Notes: generated by a model not told the origin, from the sequence alone. A stretch of 64,000 nt of DNA from a virus (IMGVR_UViG_3300045988_167732:32001-96000), one strand, 5' to 3'. Shown: positions 17,929 to 25,564, counted from the stretch's first letter. A program made the numbers and translations.

Positions 17929-18530
17929 GTAACTACGATACCGTCTTATAAAGATGGAAGTTCGCCTAACAGATGGAGTATCGCTTAATGTTAGGATGTG
18001 TATATGGCGCAACTAAGTTCAGACCGTCCAGAACCTACAACCATATTAGCGGTGACAGCTTGGAGAGACAGCAAATATGCGGAACTGGTGTAGTAATAAA
18101 AATAGCCATGGACAATATTTTTATTATGTTTGGAGTTCGATTCTTCTCTGCCGCTCCAAAAGACAGAATGGTTAGATATTTCTTGATGTCTTTTCAAAAA
18201 ACAAGAAATCCGTAAGATATAGTACGAAACTTATCTTGGAATACAGTTTAGCTGGTTACAATGTATTCGACACTGAACCGCCCTCCAAGTCTGATGGACT
18301 GGTAACAATAGAAAGACCGCTGTTTATTCAATCGGGTGCGTTAAGCCCTTATACAATAACAAGACTGATGATGAAAATGACCAAGATAATTGGGTGCAAG
18401 TTTGCTGAAATATTTCTGTAGACCTCTCCCTAATCGAACCGAGGGCAGATAAGTGGAAAGCTGGTCTGTCAGTAGTCATTAGTTTTTGTTTTGTGTACCT
18501 TTAATAAAATAAAAATAAAAGGGTGTTTTT

Positions 18531-18851
18531 ATGGATTACATTGATAAGCAGTTTGCTAAACGTGGATATAAATTAGTACGTCAAAATGAATATGGCGCTT
18601 ATTATGAAAGAAAAGATAATAAGTTTAATTATACAAGTGAGCTTTGTATTATAGCTAAAGCAAATGGTAAACATCTTATTCAGTGTTATGATGCCCAAGT
18701 AGTTTATGGTCATCCTGAAAAGGATTCTAATAACTATCGTGTTATGAATCAAGTTGATGGAATTGATGCTTCTCTTTCTTTTTGGATTTGGTTAAAGTTT
18801 CATCAGCTTAAACACAAATATAAGTGGGATAAGGTGAAGAAACATGATTAA
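18531..18851 (+). CDS. hypothetical protein
   Basis: ORF after the SD-like AAAGGGTG. Confidence 0.7.
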   Translation: MDYIDKQFAKRGYKLVRQNEYGAYYERKDNKFNYTSELCIIAKANGKHLIQCYDAQVVYGHPEKDSNNYRVMNQVDGIDASLSFWIWLKFHQLKHKYKWDKVKKHD

Positions 18852-19116
18852 GAAATATATTAAGAAGCCAGTTACCATTGAAGCTATTATTTGGGATGGT
18901 GCTAATGAAGCTGAAATTATGGAATTCGTTGGTGCTCATTGCTGTGTTACTACTCAGCATACTATTAATGGTACTGTAACTAATCTTATCATTAATACTC
19001 TTGAGGGAGACCATTATGCTTCTGTTGGCGATTATATCGTTAAGGGAATTAAAGGTGAGTTTTATCCTGTTAAGCCTGATATTATGAAATTGACTTATGA
19101 TGAGGTTACGGAGTAA
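18844..19116 (+). CDS. conserved phage small protein (GDYIV..GE.YP.KPDI..TY motif)
   Basis: Overlapping start. The motif is recalled from other phage proteins of unknown function. Confidence 0.65.
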   Translation: MIKKYIKKPVTIEAIIWDGANEAEIMEFVGAHCCVTTQHTINGTVTNLIINTLEGDHYASVGDYIVKGIKGEFYPVKPDIMKLTYDEVTE

Positions 19117-19553
19117 TGGATACTTCTTTGTTTGAAATTGTAGGTCATTATTATATTTGGACTGGTGAAATTACTAAATTCCGAGTTGATGATATTCTAA
19201 GAGATAAAGAATTTAATTATTGGTATAAGATAGATTCTGAAACTATTGAATATCCTTGGGAAGTTCGCATTTTAGATGCTACTCAAGTTTGGACTAATGC
19301 TGATTGTTATCAAGATAGTACATCGGGTAAATGGATTTATAGATGTATTCCTTATGATGGTTTAATCTTTAGTCTCGAAGCTAATTCTATGACAGAATTA
19401 GTAGACCTTATTAGAGATTTTGTTACTCCTCCTGAAGACAAAGAAGAAGAACTTGTTGCAAGTTCTAATCATAGTTGCTTTACTAATCAGGTTTCGATGT
19501 GCGTAAGAAAAAATTCTGATAAAAATTCTAATAAAGACTTGACAAAGATTTAA
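19116..19553 (+). CDS. hypothetical protein
   Basis: TAATG overlap with the upstream gene. Confidence 0.7.
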   Translation: MDTSLFEIVGHYYIWTGEITKFRVDDILRDKEFNYWYKIDSETIEYPWEVRILDATQVWTNADCYQDSTSGKWIYRCIPYDGLIFSLEANSMTELVDLIRDFVTPPEDKEEELVASSNHSCFTNQVSMCVRKNSDKNSNKDLTKI

Positions 19554-19651
19554 AAGTGTGGTAAGATAAATATATCTTAAGAGAAGAGAAAAATAAAAAC
19601 TTCTCAAAAAGATAAAAAGTAAAAAAGCAAAAAGAAAATTTTAATAAGTGG

Positions 19652-19680
19652 TTGACATCTTAAAGATGATATGCTATAAT
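19652..19680 (+). promoter_or_regulatory. consensus sigma70 promoter driving a P1 element and tRNA-Glu
   Basis: TTGACA-N17-TATAAT, exact consensus. Confidence 0.75.
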
Positions 19681-19716
19681 AAGTGCATAAGTAAAACCTC
19701 CTGATTCATTAAAAAG

Positions 19717-19832
19717 TAGACTCTTACAGCAAATTCCTAAAAAGGTTAACACAATTGTCTGCAAAACAATCATTAGCGAGTTCGATTCTCGTCAGAGGGC
19801 GCTCTGTGGTGAATAATACGCAAAAGAGTCTA
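19717..19832 (+). ncRNA. P1/ACAGCAA structured RNA, copy 2 (T-arm plus closed acceptor-like hairpin)
   Basis: TAGACTCT..AGAGTCTA stem, TACAGCAA, GCGAG-TTCGATT-CTCGT followed by the CAGAG-GGCG-CTCTG hairpin. Confidence 0.7.
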
Positions 19833-19841
19833 GGTTAATAT

Positions 19842-19917
19842 GCTCGGTTAGTCAAGTGGTCTAAGACGGCGGGTTTTCATCCCGTAAACAAGAGTTCGAT
19901 TCTCTTACCGAGTACCA
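19842..19917 (+). tRNA. tRNA-Glu(TTC), CCA encoded
   Basis: Anticodon loop TTTTCAT, T-loop TTCGATT. Confidence 0.8.
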
Positions 19918-20092
19918 TTATTCAAATCAGAAATCCGTTCTTATGATAGTGAGAGTAAGTTTTATCGGATTTAAATGAGGGGAACTTAAATCTATCGAAG
20001 GGTTAAGAAATAATTGTTTGACGAAAAGTTGTTTCTCCTTTCTCTCTATCTGATATGAATAATTTCCTTTCTGTAAGATGATATTTATAAAG

Positions 20093-20224
20093 TAGAGACT
20101 AACAGCAATTTTGAAAATATGTTAAAAAGCCAAGCTCCCATTCTTCGGTTCGAATCCGAACGTCTTCAGTTGAAGTATGTAGCCAAGTGGTTTAAGGCAG
20201 GAGTCCATAACAACAATGTCTCTA
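20093..20224 (+). ncRNA. P1/ACAGCAA structured RNA, copy 3 (circularly permuted tRNA-like fold)
   Basis: TAGAGAC..GTCTCTA stem. Order of parts: GCTCC, T-arm TTCGG-TTCGAAT-CCGAA, short closed acceptor hairpin CTTC-AGTT-GAAG, D-arm-like AGCCAAGTGGTTTAAGGC, then GGAGT pairing back to GCTCC. Confidence 0.7.
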
Positions 20225-20232
20225 GTATTTAT

Positions 20233-20375
20233 GCCCGTGTAGCTCAGTAGGAAGAGCACTTGCCTTGATGGAGTAGTATAAGAAATACATCCTATAAAGG
20301 AAGGTGTGAGTTCAAATCTCATTTTCATCACCGTTAAGCAAGGAGTCGAGAGTTCGAGCCTCTCCACGAGCACCA
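20233..20375 (+). tRNA. tRNA-Lys(TTT) (alternative reading Asn-GTT) interrupted by a 67-nt tRNA-like element
   Basis: Canonical D and T arms, anticodon stem CTTGC/GCAAG, discriminator A plus CCA, one C-A mismatch in the acceptor. Removing 20267-20333 leaves CTTTTAA. Confidence 0.65.
20267..20333 (+). ncRNA. nested tRNA-like element (ACCG end)
   Basis: GATGGAG/TTTCATC acceptor, GTAT-AAGAA-ATAC D-arm, GTGAG-TTCAAAT-CTCAT T-arm. Confidence 0.65.
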
Positions 20376-20411
20376 ATAGCAGAAATGCTAATTTTGTAAT
20401 GACTTCAATAG

Positions 20412-20474
20412 TAGACGCTTGCAGCAATTTTAATTGTACTTATCTGTTAAATAAGAATGCATAAAAAGCGTCTA
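20412..20474 (+). ncRNA. P1/ACAGCAA structured RNA, copy 4 (minimal, 63 nt)
   Basis: TAGACGCT..AGCGTCTA 8-bp stem, TGCAGCAA, A-run before the 3' arm. Confidence 0.6.
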
Positions 20475-20503
20475 GCCCCTTTCTAAAAGGAGAAATTAAA
20501 AAT

Positions 20504-20588
20504 GGGTGAGTAGTGAATCGGCAAACACGGGAGTCTGTAAAACTCTTTCTTAACGGAGTAGAAGGGTCGGCACCTTCCTCACCCACCA
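20504..20588 (+). tRNA. tRNA-Tyr(GTA), class II, CCA encoded
   Basis: Anticodon loop CTGTAAA, long variable arm, unusual T-loop GTCGGCA. Confidence 0.8.
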
Positions 20589-20607
20589 CTTTAAAGGAGA
20601 AAATATT

Positions 20608-20778
20608 ATGGGTTTCATGGGAGAAATTTCAGAAGATATTGGTTGGAATGATTGTATTAATTATCTTCTAAAGAATGTTGATAAATTTCAAGAGACTTTA
20701 GATGGTGGAGCTTATGATTATTTTCCCGACGAAGAAATCAAAGAAGCTTTAAAGAAGCTAATTAGACCAGAAATCTAA
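20608..20778 (+). CDS. hypothetical small protein (56 aa)
   Basis: AAAGGAG SD 7 nt upstream of the ATG, TAA stop. Below the ORF-track size cutoff. Confidence 0.55.
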   Translation: MGFMGEISEDIGWNDCINYLLKNVDKFQETLDGGAYDYFPDEEIKEALKKLIRPEI

Positions 20779-20800
20779 TAAAATTTTTGTTTTAAAACTC

Positions 20801-20829
20801 TTGACAAAATGAAAATTTTGCGCTATAGT
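20801..20829 (+). promoter_or_regulatory. sigma70-type promoter
   Basis: TTGACA-N17-TATAGT. Confidence 0.7.
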
Positions 20830-20907
20830 AAAAATATGATAAAGATACAAATTTATTTGTAAGCTAATTGTTCATTTTTTATTGTTCATAAAAGCATTCC
20901 TTTCAGG

Positions 20908-21036
20908 TAGACTCTAACAGCAACTTTACAATCACAAATGCTATGGGCCTGTTTGTTGGAGGTTCGAATCCTTCACTCCCGACCATCGGGAGTTAGCTCA
21001 ACGGATAGAGCAACAGATTTTGTAAAAATGAGTCTA
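20908..21036 (+). ncRNA. P1/ACAGCAA structured RNA, copy 5: circularly permuted tRNA (3' half-ACCA-T-5' half)
   Basis: TAGACTC..GAGTCTA stem. GGAGG-TTCGAAT-CCTTC T-arm, ACTCCCG-A-CCA, one T, then CGGGAGT-TA-GCTC..GAGC D-arm and a U-rich anticodon-like segment. The acceptor is a perfect 7 bp. Confidence 0.7.
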
Positions 21037-21099
21037 GTCAATAAATTAATAAATTGACGCTCCTATTTTTCTAATAGGCAAATATAAATTCCTTTCAAG

Positions 21100-21215
21100 T
21101 AGACACGTACAGCAAAATTACTTGATGCTTTAATATGGAAAATTAACGATAAGGTTCGACTCCTTAATCTTCTTTTGAAGATGCGTGGTTGCTGGAAATC
21201 AAAAAAACGTGTCTA
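21100..21215 (+). ncRNA. P1/ACAGCAA structured RNA, copy 6 (T-arm plus closed acceptor-like hairpin)
   Basis: TAGACACG..CGTGTCTA stem, CAGCAA pairs with TTGCTG, TAAGG-TTCGACT-CCTTA followed by ATCTTC-TTTT-GAAGAT. Confidence 0.7.
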
Positions 21216-21225
21216 GGTTAAGTAT

Positions 21226-21310
21226 GGCTGAGTGGCGAAATTGGCAGACGCAGTTGCTTCAAGTACAACCCTCGAAAGAGATGTGGGTTCAAGTCCCACC
21301 TCAGCTACCA
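21226..21310 (+). tRNA. tRNA-Leu(CAA), class II, CCA encoded
   Basis: Anticodon loop TTCAAGT, long variable arm, T-loop TTCAAGT. Confidence 0.75.
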
Positions 21311-21852
21311 AAGTTACAGTTCAATTGGCAGATAGCGAATGTAACTTATATTAAACTGCCCGATTCAGCAAGGATGGCTAAAGCCTTGTCGGTGTTCCAT
21401 ATATTTGAACTCATCTTTAGTCCGTTAAGCTAAAGCCCCAACGCCCGTCCGAAGTCTTGGAGTAGAGAACAAGTGAATGGTTCTCGAACGCAAAGTAAGC
21501 TGTCACAAGCTGAAAAAGGCTATAAGCCGCACATGGGTAGAACACAGATATATGGTGAGAGATGTTAGGGTGCGAATGTAACATCAAAAACCTACAGCGA
21601 AAAGCTATACGGAGAAGTCTGTGCCGTGTTTACGGGAATAGGTAGTTGCGTACCTATTCAAACAAAAACTCTGATTACTGCAACTAAATCGGGGTAGGTA
21701 TTGAGGTTATGGGTCATGTAACCTTAAAACACAATAAGCCGAGCATACTGCTTATTGCTCCTAACAGGTGGTGCTGAGGATGAACAACAAAAGCCAAGTT
21801 ATAGAGTTCTTGTAAAAAACTCTGTTGCTATTTGAAAGAATAGCTCAATTAT

Positions 21853-21928
21853 GGGCCTGTAACTCAGTTGGGAGAGTGTCTGCTTTGCACGCAGGAAGTC
21901 GCAAGTTCAAGTCTTGTCAGGTCCACCA
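21853..21928 (+). tRNA. tRNA-Ala(TGC), CCA encoded
   Basis: G3-U70 pair present, anticodon loop TTTGCAC. Confidence 0.85.
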
Positions 21929-22384
21929 TAAGAGTTAGTTGCTCTCTTAGGATAAAAAAAGCACCGTATTAACACGAGTTTACGATAATTAACTGGCCCT
22001 CGTCTGCGGGTAAACAGCAGTTTTAGGCTACTATAAGCCGAAGTTTTAAGGGCAGTTTCTTTAAAAAACATGCATATGGTTTTTCTTGTTATCTCTTTTT
22101 TATCCTAAAAATAGACGTAGCAGCATGACTTGAGGCTATACATCAAGCTCCTGAGACCGAAGAAAAAAAGCTCCCTGTATCGTCAATGGGAAAATAATCT
22201 ATCTGTTCCGTAATAACAGGTGGGAGGGAGTATTTTAGGTCGGCAAGACCACGAGAGGATAGCGCTGTTCTCTCAACCCTTTGCAAAGGTTGCTGATGGG
22301 TTTTCCAAACGGATGTGGAAATTAAATGAATGGAAGGGTATAATTCAGCCCAAAATCAGCTCTAAAATTCAAGAAAATATATTT

Positions 22385-22462
22385 GGGTGTGTAGTTCAGT
22401 CTGGTCAGAACACTTGACCGTTAATCAAGGAGTCGAAGGTTCAAATCCTTCCATACCCGCCA
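22385..22462 (+). tRNA. tRNA-Asn(GTT), CCA encoded
   Basis: Anticodon loop CCGTTAA, discriminator G. Confidence 0.8.
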
Positions 22463-22815
22463 AAAGTGGAGAGTGTAGGTTCGAGTCCTGCCCCGCTCGT
22501 GGGAAACCCTTGCAGGAAGCTGTTAGGTACAGCGCCACTTAGAATTTCTTTCACCTTATTACGCGAAATATGGGATTGAGATGTTGCTTTAGTCGGGTTC
22601 TTTTACAGCAGAAAATAAGAACGCACCTGTTTAATTGGGTTTTTCAGCACAGTAAAAACAAGAAAAACCTCGGTTGTTTAGAAATTTTCTTCTGATATTG
22701 AACGAAAACAAATAGAGAATTCTCTCATTGCAATGCCGAAAGGTAGTAAGTTACGAATTTACCCATGATAAATTACGAACTTGCTACCGAGTAGGGATAA
22801 GAGAGAATTAAACAT

Positions 22816-22891
22816 GCTTTGGTAGCTCAATTGGTAGAGCAGTGGACTGAAAATCCACGTGTAGCTAGTTCGATTCTGGCCTAAAGCACCA
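22816..22891 (+). tRNA. tRNA-Phe(GAA), CCA encoded
   Basis: Anticodon loop CTGAAAA. Confidence 0.85.
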
Positions 22892-22892
22892 T

Positions 22893-22976
22893 TGCTGGCG
22901 AGTGAAACGGATATATAAATCACGCTTGGCTCATACCCAAGTAATAGTGGGTTCGACTCCCATGCTTCAGCAACCA
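22893..22976 (+). tRNA. tRNA(CAT) (Met or Ile2 type) with extended acceptor stem and large D-loop
   Basis: Anticodon arm CTTGG-CTCATAC-CCAAG, T-arm GTGGG-TTCGACT-CCCAT. Two extra nucleotides between the T-stem and acceptor imply an 8-9 bp acceptor. Confidence 0.55.
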
Positions 22977-23000
22977 AAAAACAAAAGGAAGTAAATTCTA

Positions 23001-23306
23001 ATGACTGATTTTAAGACTTACATTTATTAGACAGCAAGTAATAAAAAGTTTGTTTATAGATGTCCTCATTGTAATAAAGGGATAATGCAAGTAGTAGAAA
23101 CAAAAATTGCTAAAAATGAAACTAATATTTTATCTTGGAATTATACTTGCCCAGTTTGTAAGAAAACGATTGTCTCTATTGAAAAAGATGGTTGTTCTTG
23201 CTTTAAGAGTGTGTTCCCTCCAATGACTCAAATTAGTGATAAAGAATTTGCTGATATTAAAAAGAATGTAGGAGAGAAAGATATTTATCTGTTCTCTGAA
23301 ACATAA
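23001..23306 (+). CDS. zinc-ribbon protein (1 in-frame TAG)
   Basis: ATG 23001 follows AAAGGAAG. In frame with track ORF 23085 across a single TAG. CPHC..CPVC. Confidence 0.7.
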
Positions 23307-23313
23307 AATAAAT

Positions 23314-23408
23314 GCTAGCGTACAGAAGTGGTCATAACTGCCATCACTTGAAATGATGTGTGACGGCTTGTATCCGTCTCGTGAGTTCGAATCTTACCGC
23401 TAGTGCCA
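23314..23408 (+). tRNA. tRNA-Ser(TGA), class II, CCA encoded
   Basis: Anticodon loop CTTGAAA, long variable arm. Confidence 0.8.
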
Positions 23409-23427
23409 TGGAAAAAGGAGATTAAAA

Positions 23428-23943
23428 ATGAGCAATAATAATTCAATCGAAATCGAACGTAAGTTTTTAATCTCTGGTTTTCCTAAAGTCGATTTTGATG
23501 AAGTCGGAATTGTTAAAACTATCTATATTAATATCAAATATAATTCTGATGGAAAAATTTTACAGGAAATTCGTATAAGACGTTGGTTTGAAAGTGGCAA
23601 AGGTTATCGTCCAGATGCTCTTACTTTTAAATCTGGTGGTACTTTAATTCGTACCGAAATTGAAACAAATCTTACAGATAATTCTTTGTTTGACTGTTTT
23701 AATGAACTTGGTTATAATCCTATTGTAAAAGATTATAGAGGTCTTTACAATAATGGTTGTTTAATTGAATTTAATCTTGTAGATGGCGGAACTGATACTG
23801 CTTTCTACTATGCCGAAGTTGAATTCAATTCTGAGGAAGAAGCTAATAGTTTTGTTTGGCCTTTTCCTGAAGTATTTATTGAGGAAGTTACTAATAAGCT
23901 TGAATATAAGATGGCAAATTATTGGAAACGTACTCGTGGATAA
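23428..23943 (+). CDS. CYTH-domain protein (triphosphate tunnel metalloenzyme)
   Basis: N-terminal IEIERKF carries the ExExK signature. Confidence 0.75.
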   Translation: MSNNNSIEIERKFLISGFPKVDFDEVGIVKTIYINIKYNSDGKILQEIRIRRWFESGKGYRPDALTFKSGGTLIRTEIETNLTDNSLFDCFNELGYNPIVKDYRGLYNNGCLIEFNLVDGGTDTAFYYAEVEFNSEEEANSFVWPFPEVFIEEVTNKLEYKMANYWKRTRG

Positions 23944-23966
23944 GGACTTTTATTAGTCCTTTATTT

Positions 23967-24098
23967 GCTTTCGTGGCTCAATCGGTAGAGCGCCTGATTT
24001 GATAGAGTGACAGAATGTATTGTCTTAGTTTGCAAGTTCAAGTCTTGCCTTTATCACCAGTAATCAGGATGTTGCAGGTTCGAGTCCTGTCGGAAGCT
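23967..24098 (+). tRNA. tRNA-Thr(TGT) interrupted by a 59-nt tRNA-like element; host CCA not encoded
   Basis: Acceptor GCTTTCG/CGGAAGC, anticodon stem CCTGA/TCAGG. Removing 24001-24059 leaves TTTGTAA. Confidence 0.75.
24001..24059 (+). ncRNA. nested tRNA-like element (ACCA end)
   Basis: GATAGAG/CTTTATC acceptor, GACA/TGTC D-stem, 7-nt linker, GCAAG-TTCAAGT-CTTGC T-arm, A-CCA. Confidence 0.7.
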
Positions 24099-24161
24099 GG
24101 GAACAAGGTCAAGCCTTCACGTTGGCGTTCCTGTTTAAACTAATTGACTAAAAGAGGTTTT

Positions 24162-25037
24162 ATGAAATATTGTCTCAATTGTGGTAAAGAATTAAATAAA
24201 CAAGTAAAAAAATTTTGTGATAATAAATGTTTTGTTGAATATTAGTATCACAAATATATTAAAAACTGGAAGCTTGGTAAAATTACAGGGGTCGTTGGTT
24301 TTGGGGTTAGTAAATATATAAGAAGATATTTATTAGAAAAGTATAATTATTCTTGCCAAGAATGTGGTTGGAATAAAATTAATCCTTATACTAATAAAAC
24401 ACCTTTGGAAATTCACCATAAAGATGGAAATTATTTAAATTGTTCAGAAGAGAATTTAGCTTTGCTTTGCCCCAACTGTCATTCTTTAACAGATACTTAT
24501 AAATCTTTGAATAGACCAGAAATGAGAAGAGATAGAACAAGATACAATCAAAGACCCAATCCTTTTTTTGATGAATTAAATTGTGATAAGAAAGAAAAGA
24601 AAAAATATTTTTGTCCGGTTTGTGGCAATGAAATAACCCGCAAGGCAAAATTATGTCTTAATTGCAGAAAAAAGGAAAATTTGAAAAACTCTAATAAACC
24701 CTCTAAAGAAATTTTAATGGAAGAATCTAAAAATTTTGTCTCTTATGTAAAATTAGGGGAAAAATATGGGGTATCTGACAATACTATTAGGAAGTGGTTC
24801 TCAAGTTACGATTTGCCTCTTCCTAAAAGGGAAAAAGCAGAATATAAACCAAAAGTCTACCATCCAGAATATTAGGTTTATACAACAAGAAAAACAGCTA
24901 CAGGATGGGAAAAATACTTAAAATTGGGTCAGCATAAAATTGCTCGATATGTTCCCAACCATACTGTTTCTCAAATAGAAGATTACATAAAAATTTTTTA
25001 TGATGAAGCTGTGAAAAAAGGAATTATTAATAAATAA
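24162..25037 (+). CDS. HNH homing endonuclease (2 in-frame TAG)
   Basis: N-terminal CLNCG..C..C ribbon, HHKDGN..N..NL..LCPNCH HNH core. The frame continues through TAG at 24873 to TAA 25035. Confidence 0.8.
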
Positions 25038-25068
25038 TAACAAACAAAAAAGAAATTTTAAAAAGTAC

Positions 25069-25097
25069 TTGACAAGATGAAAAGTATATGTTATACT
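25069..25097 (+). promoter_or_regulatory. sigma70-type promoter
   Basis: TTGACA-N17-TATACT. Confidence 0.7.
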
Positions 25098-25129
25098 TAA
25101 GATGTGGTTGAGAGATACAACCTAAAAAT

Positions 25130-25205
25130 GCGGCAGTGTGGAAGCGCTATCCAGCCTACGCACCGAACGTGGGAGTCGCCAGTTGGAATCTGGTCTGCCG
25201 CTCCA
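25130..25205 (+). tRNA. tRNA-Arg(CCG)-like, non-canonical (A33, 6-bp anticodon stem)
   Basis: Acceptor GCGGCAG/CTGCCGC, D-arm TGGA/TCCA, CCTACG-CACCGAA-CGTGGG, T-loop TTGGAAT, T-CCA. Confidence 0.5.
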
Positions 25206-25341
25206 ATTCCTTAGTAGTTTAAAAGACGATAAACAAATTAAAATACCCTTCAGTCGGAAAGCCTCTAATGAGTATAGAATGGCACTCAAGTAGGGAGTTC
25301 TGGATGGGCGAATCGGAACCACCAGCTAAGGAAAAATATAT

Positions 25342-25416
25342 AGGGGTATAGCCAAATGGTGAAGGCAGCGGTCTTTGACGCCGCCATTAAAGGTTCGAAT
25401 CCTTTTATCCCTGCCA
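25342..25416 (+). tRNA. tRNA-Gln(TTG), CCA encoded
   Basis: Anticodon loop CTTTGAC, T-loop TTCGAAT. Confidence 0.8.
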
Positions 25417-25445
25417 TAAGCAACAATTCAAATTATCGTTTAACG

Positions 25446-25564
25446 TAGACGCTTACAGCAAACAATAATAAAATCAAATTCTATAAAAAAGATTTATGGT
25501 ATTGTTCCTTGCTAATTAGTTTATGATGCTTTCATGATTCTCCTTTGTTAGTATTATGCGTCTA
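25446..25564 (+). ncRNA. P1/ACAGCAA structured RNA, copy 7
   Basis: TAGACGC..GCGTCTA stem, TTACAGCAA. AGCAAACAATA can pair with TATTGTTCCTTGCT. Confidence 0.6.

Noticed and set aside
18283-18320. Hammerhead-like CUGAUG..GAAA string
   Set aside because: The core reads CTGATGG rather than CTGATGA. No stem II hairpin can form between the boxes.
19539-19567. Promoter-like TTGACA-N17-TAAGAT inside the 3' end of the 19116 gene
   Set aside because: It would drive only about 80 nt of A-rich sequence before the much better consensus promoter at 19652. It may be real but has no identifiable product.
22113-22135. Possible 12th P1 element (ATAGACGTAGCAGCAT)
   Set aside because: No complementary 3' arm (TACGTCTA) lies within 200 nt, and the ACAGCAA box is degenerate.
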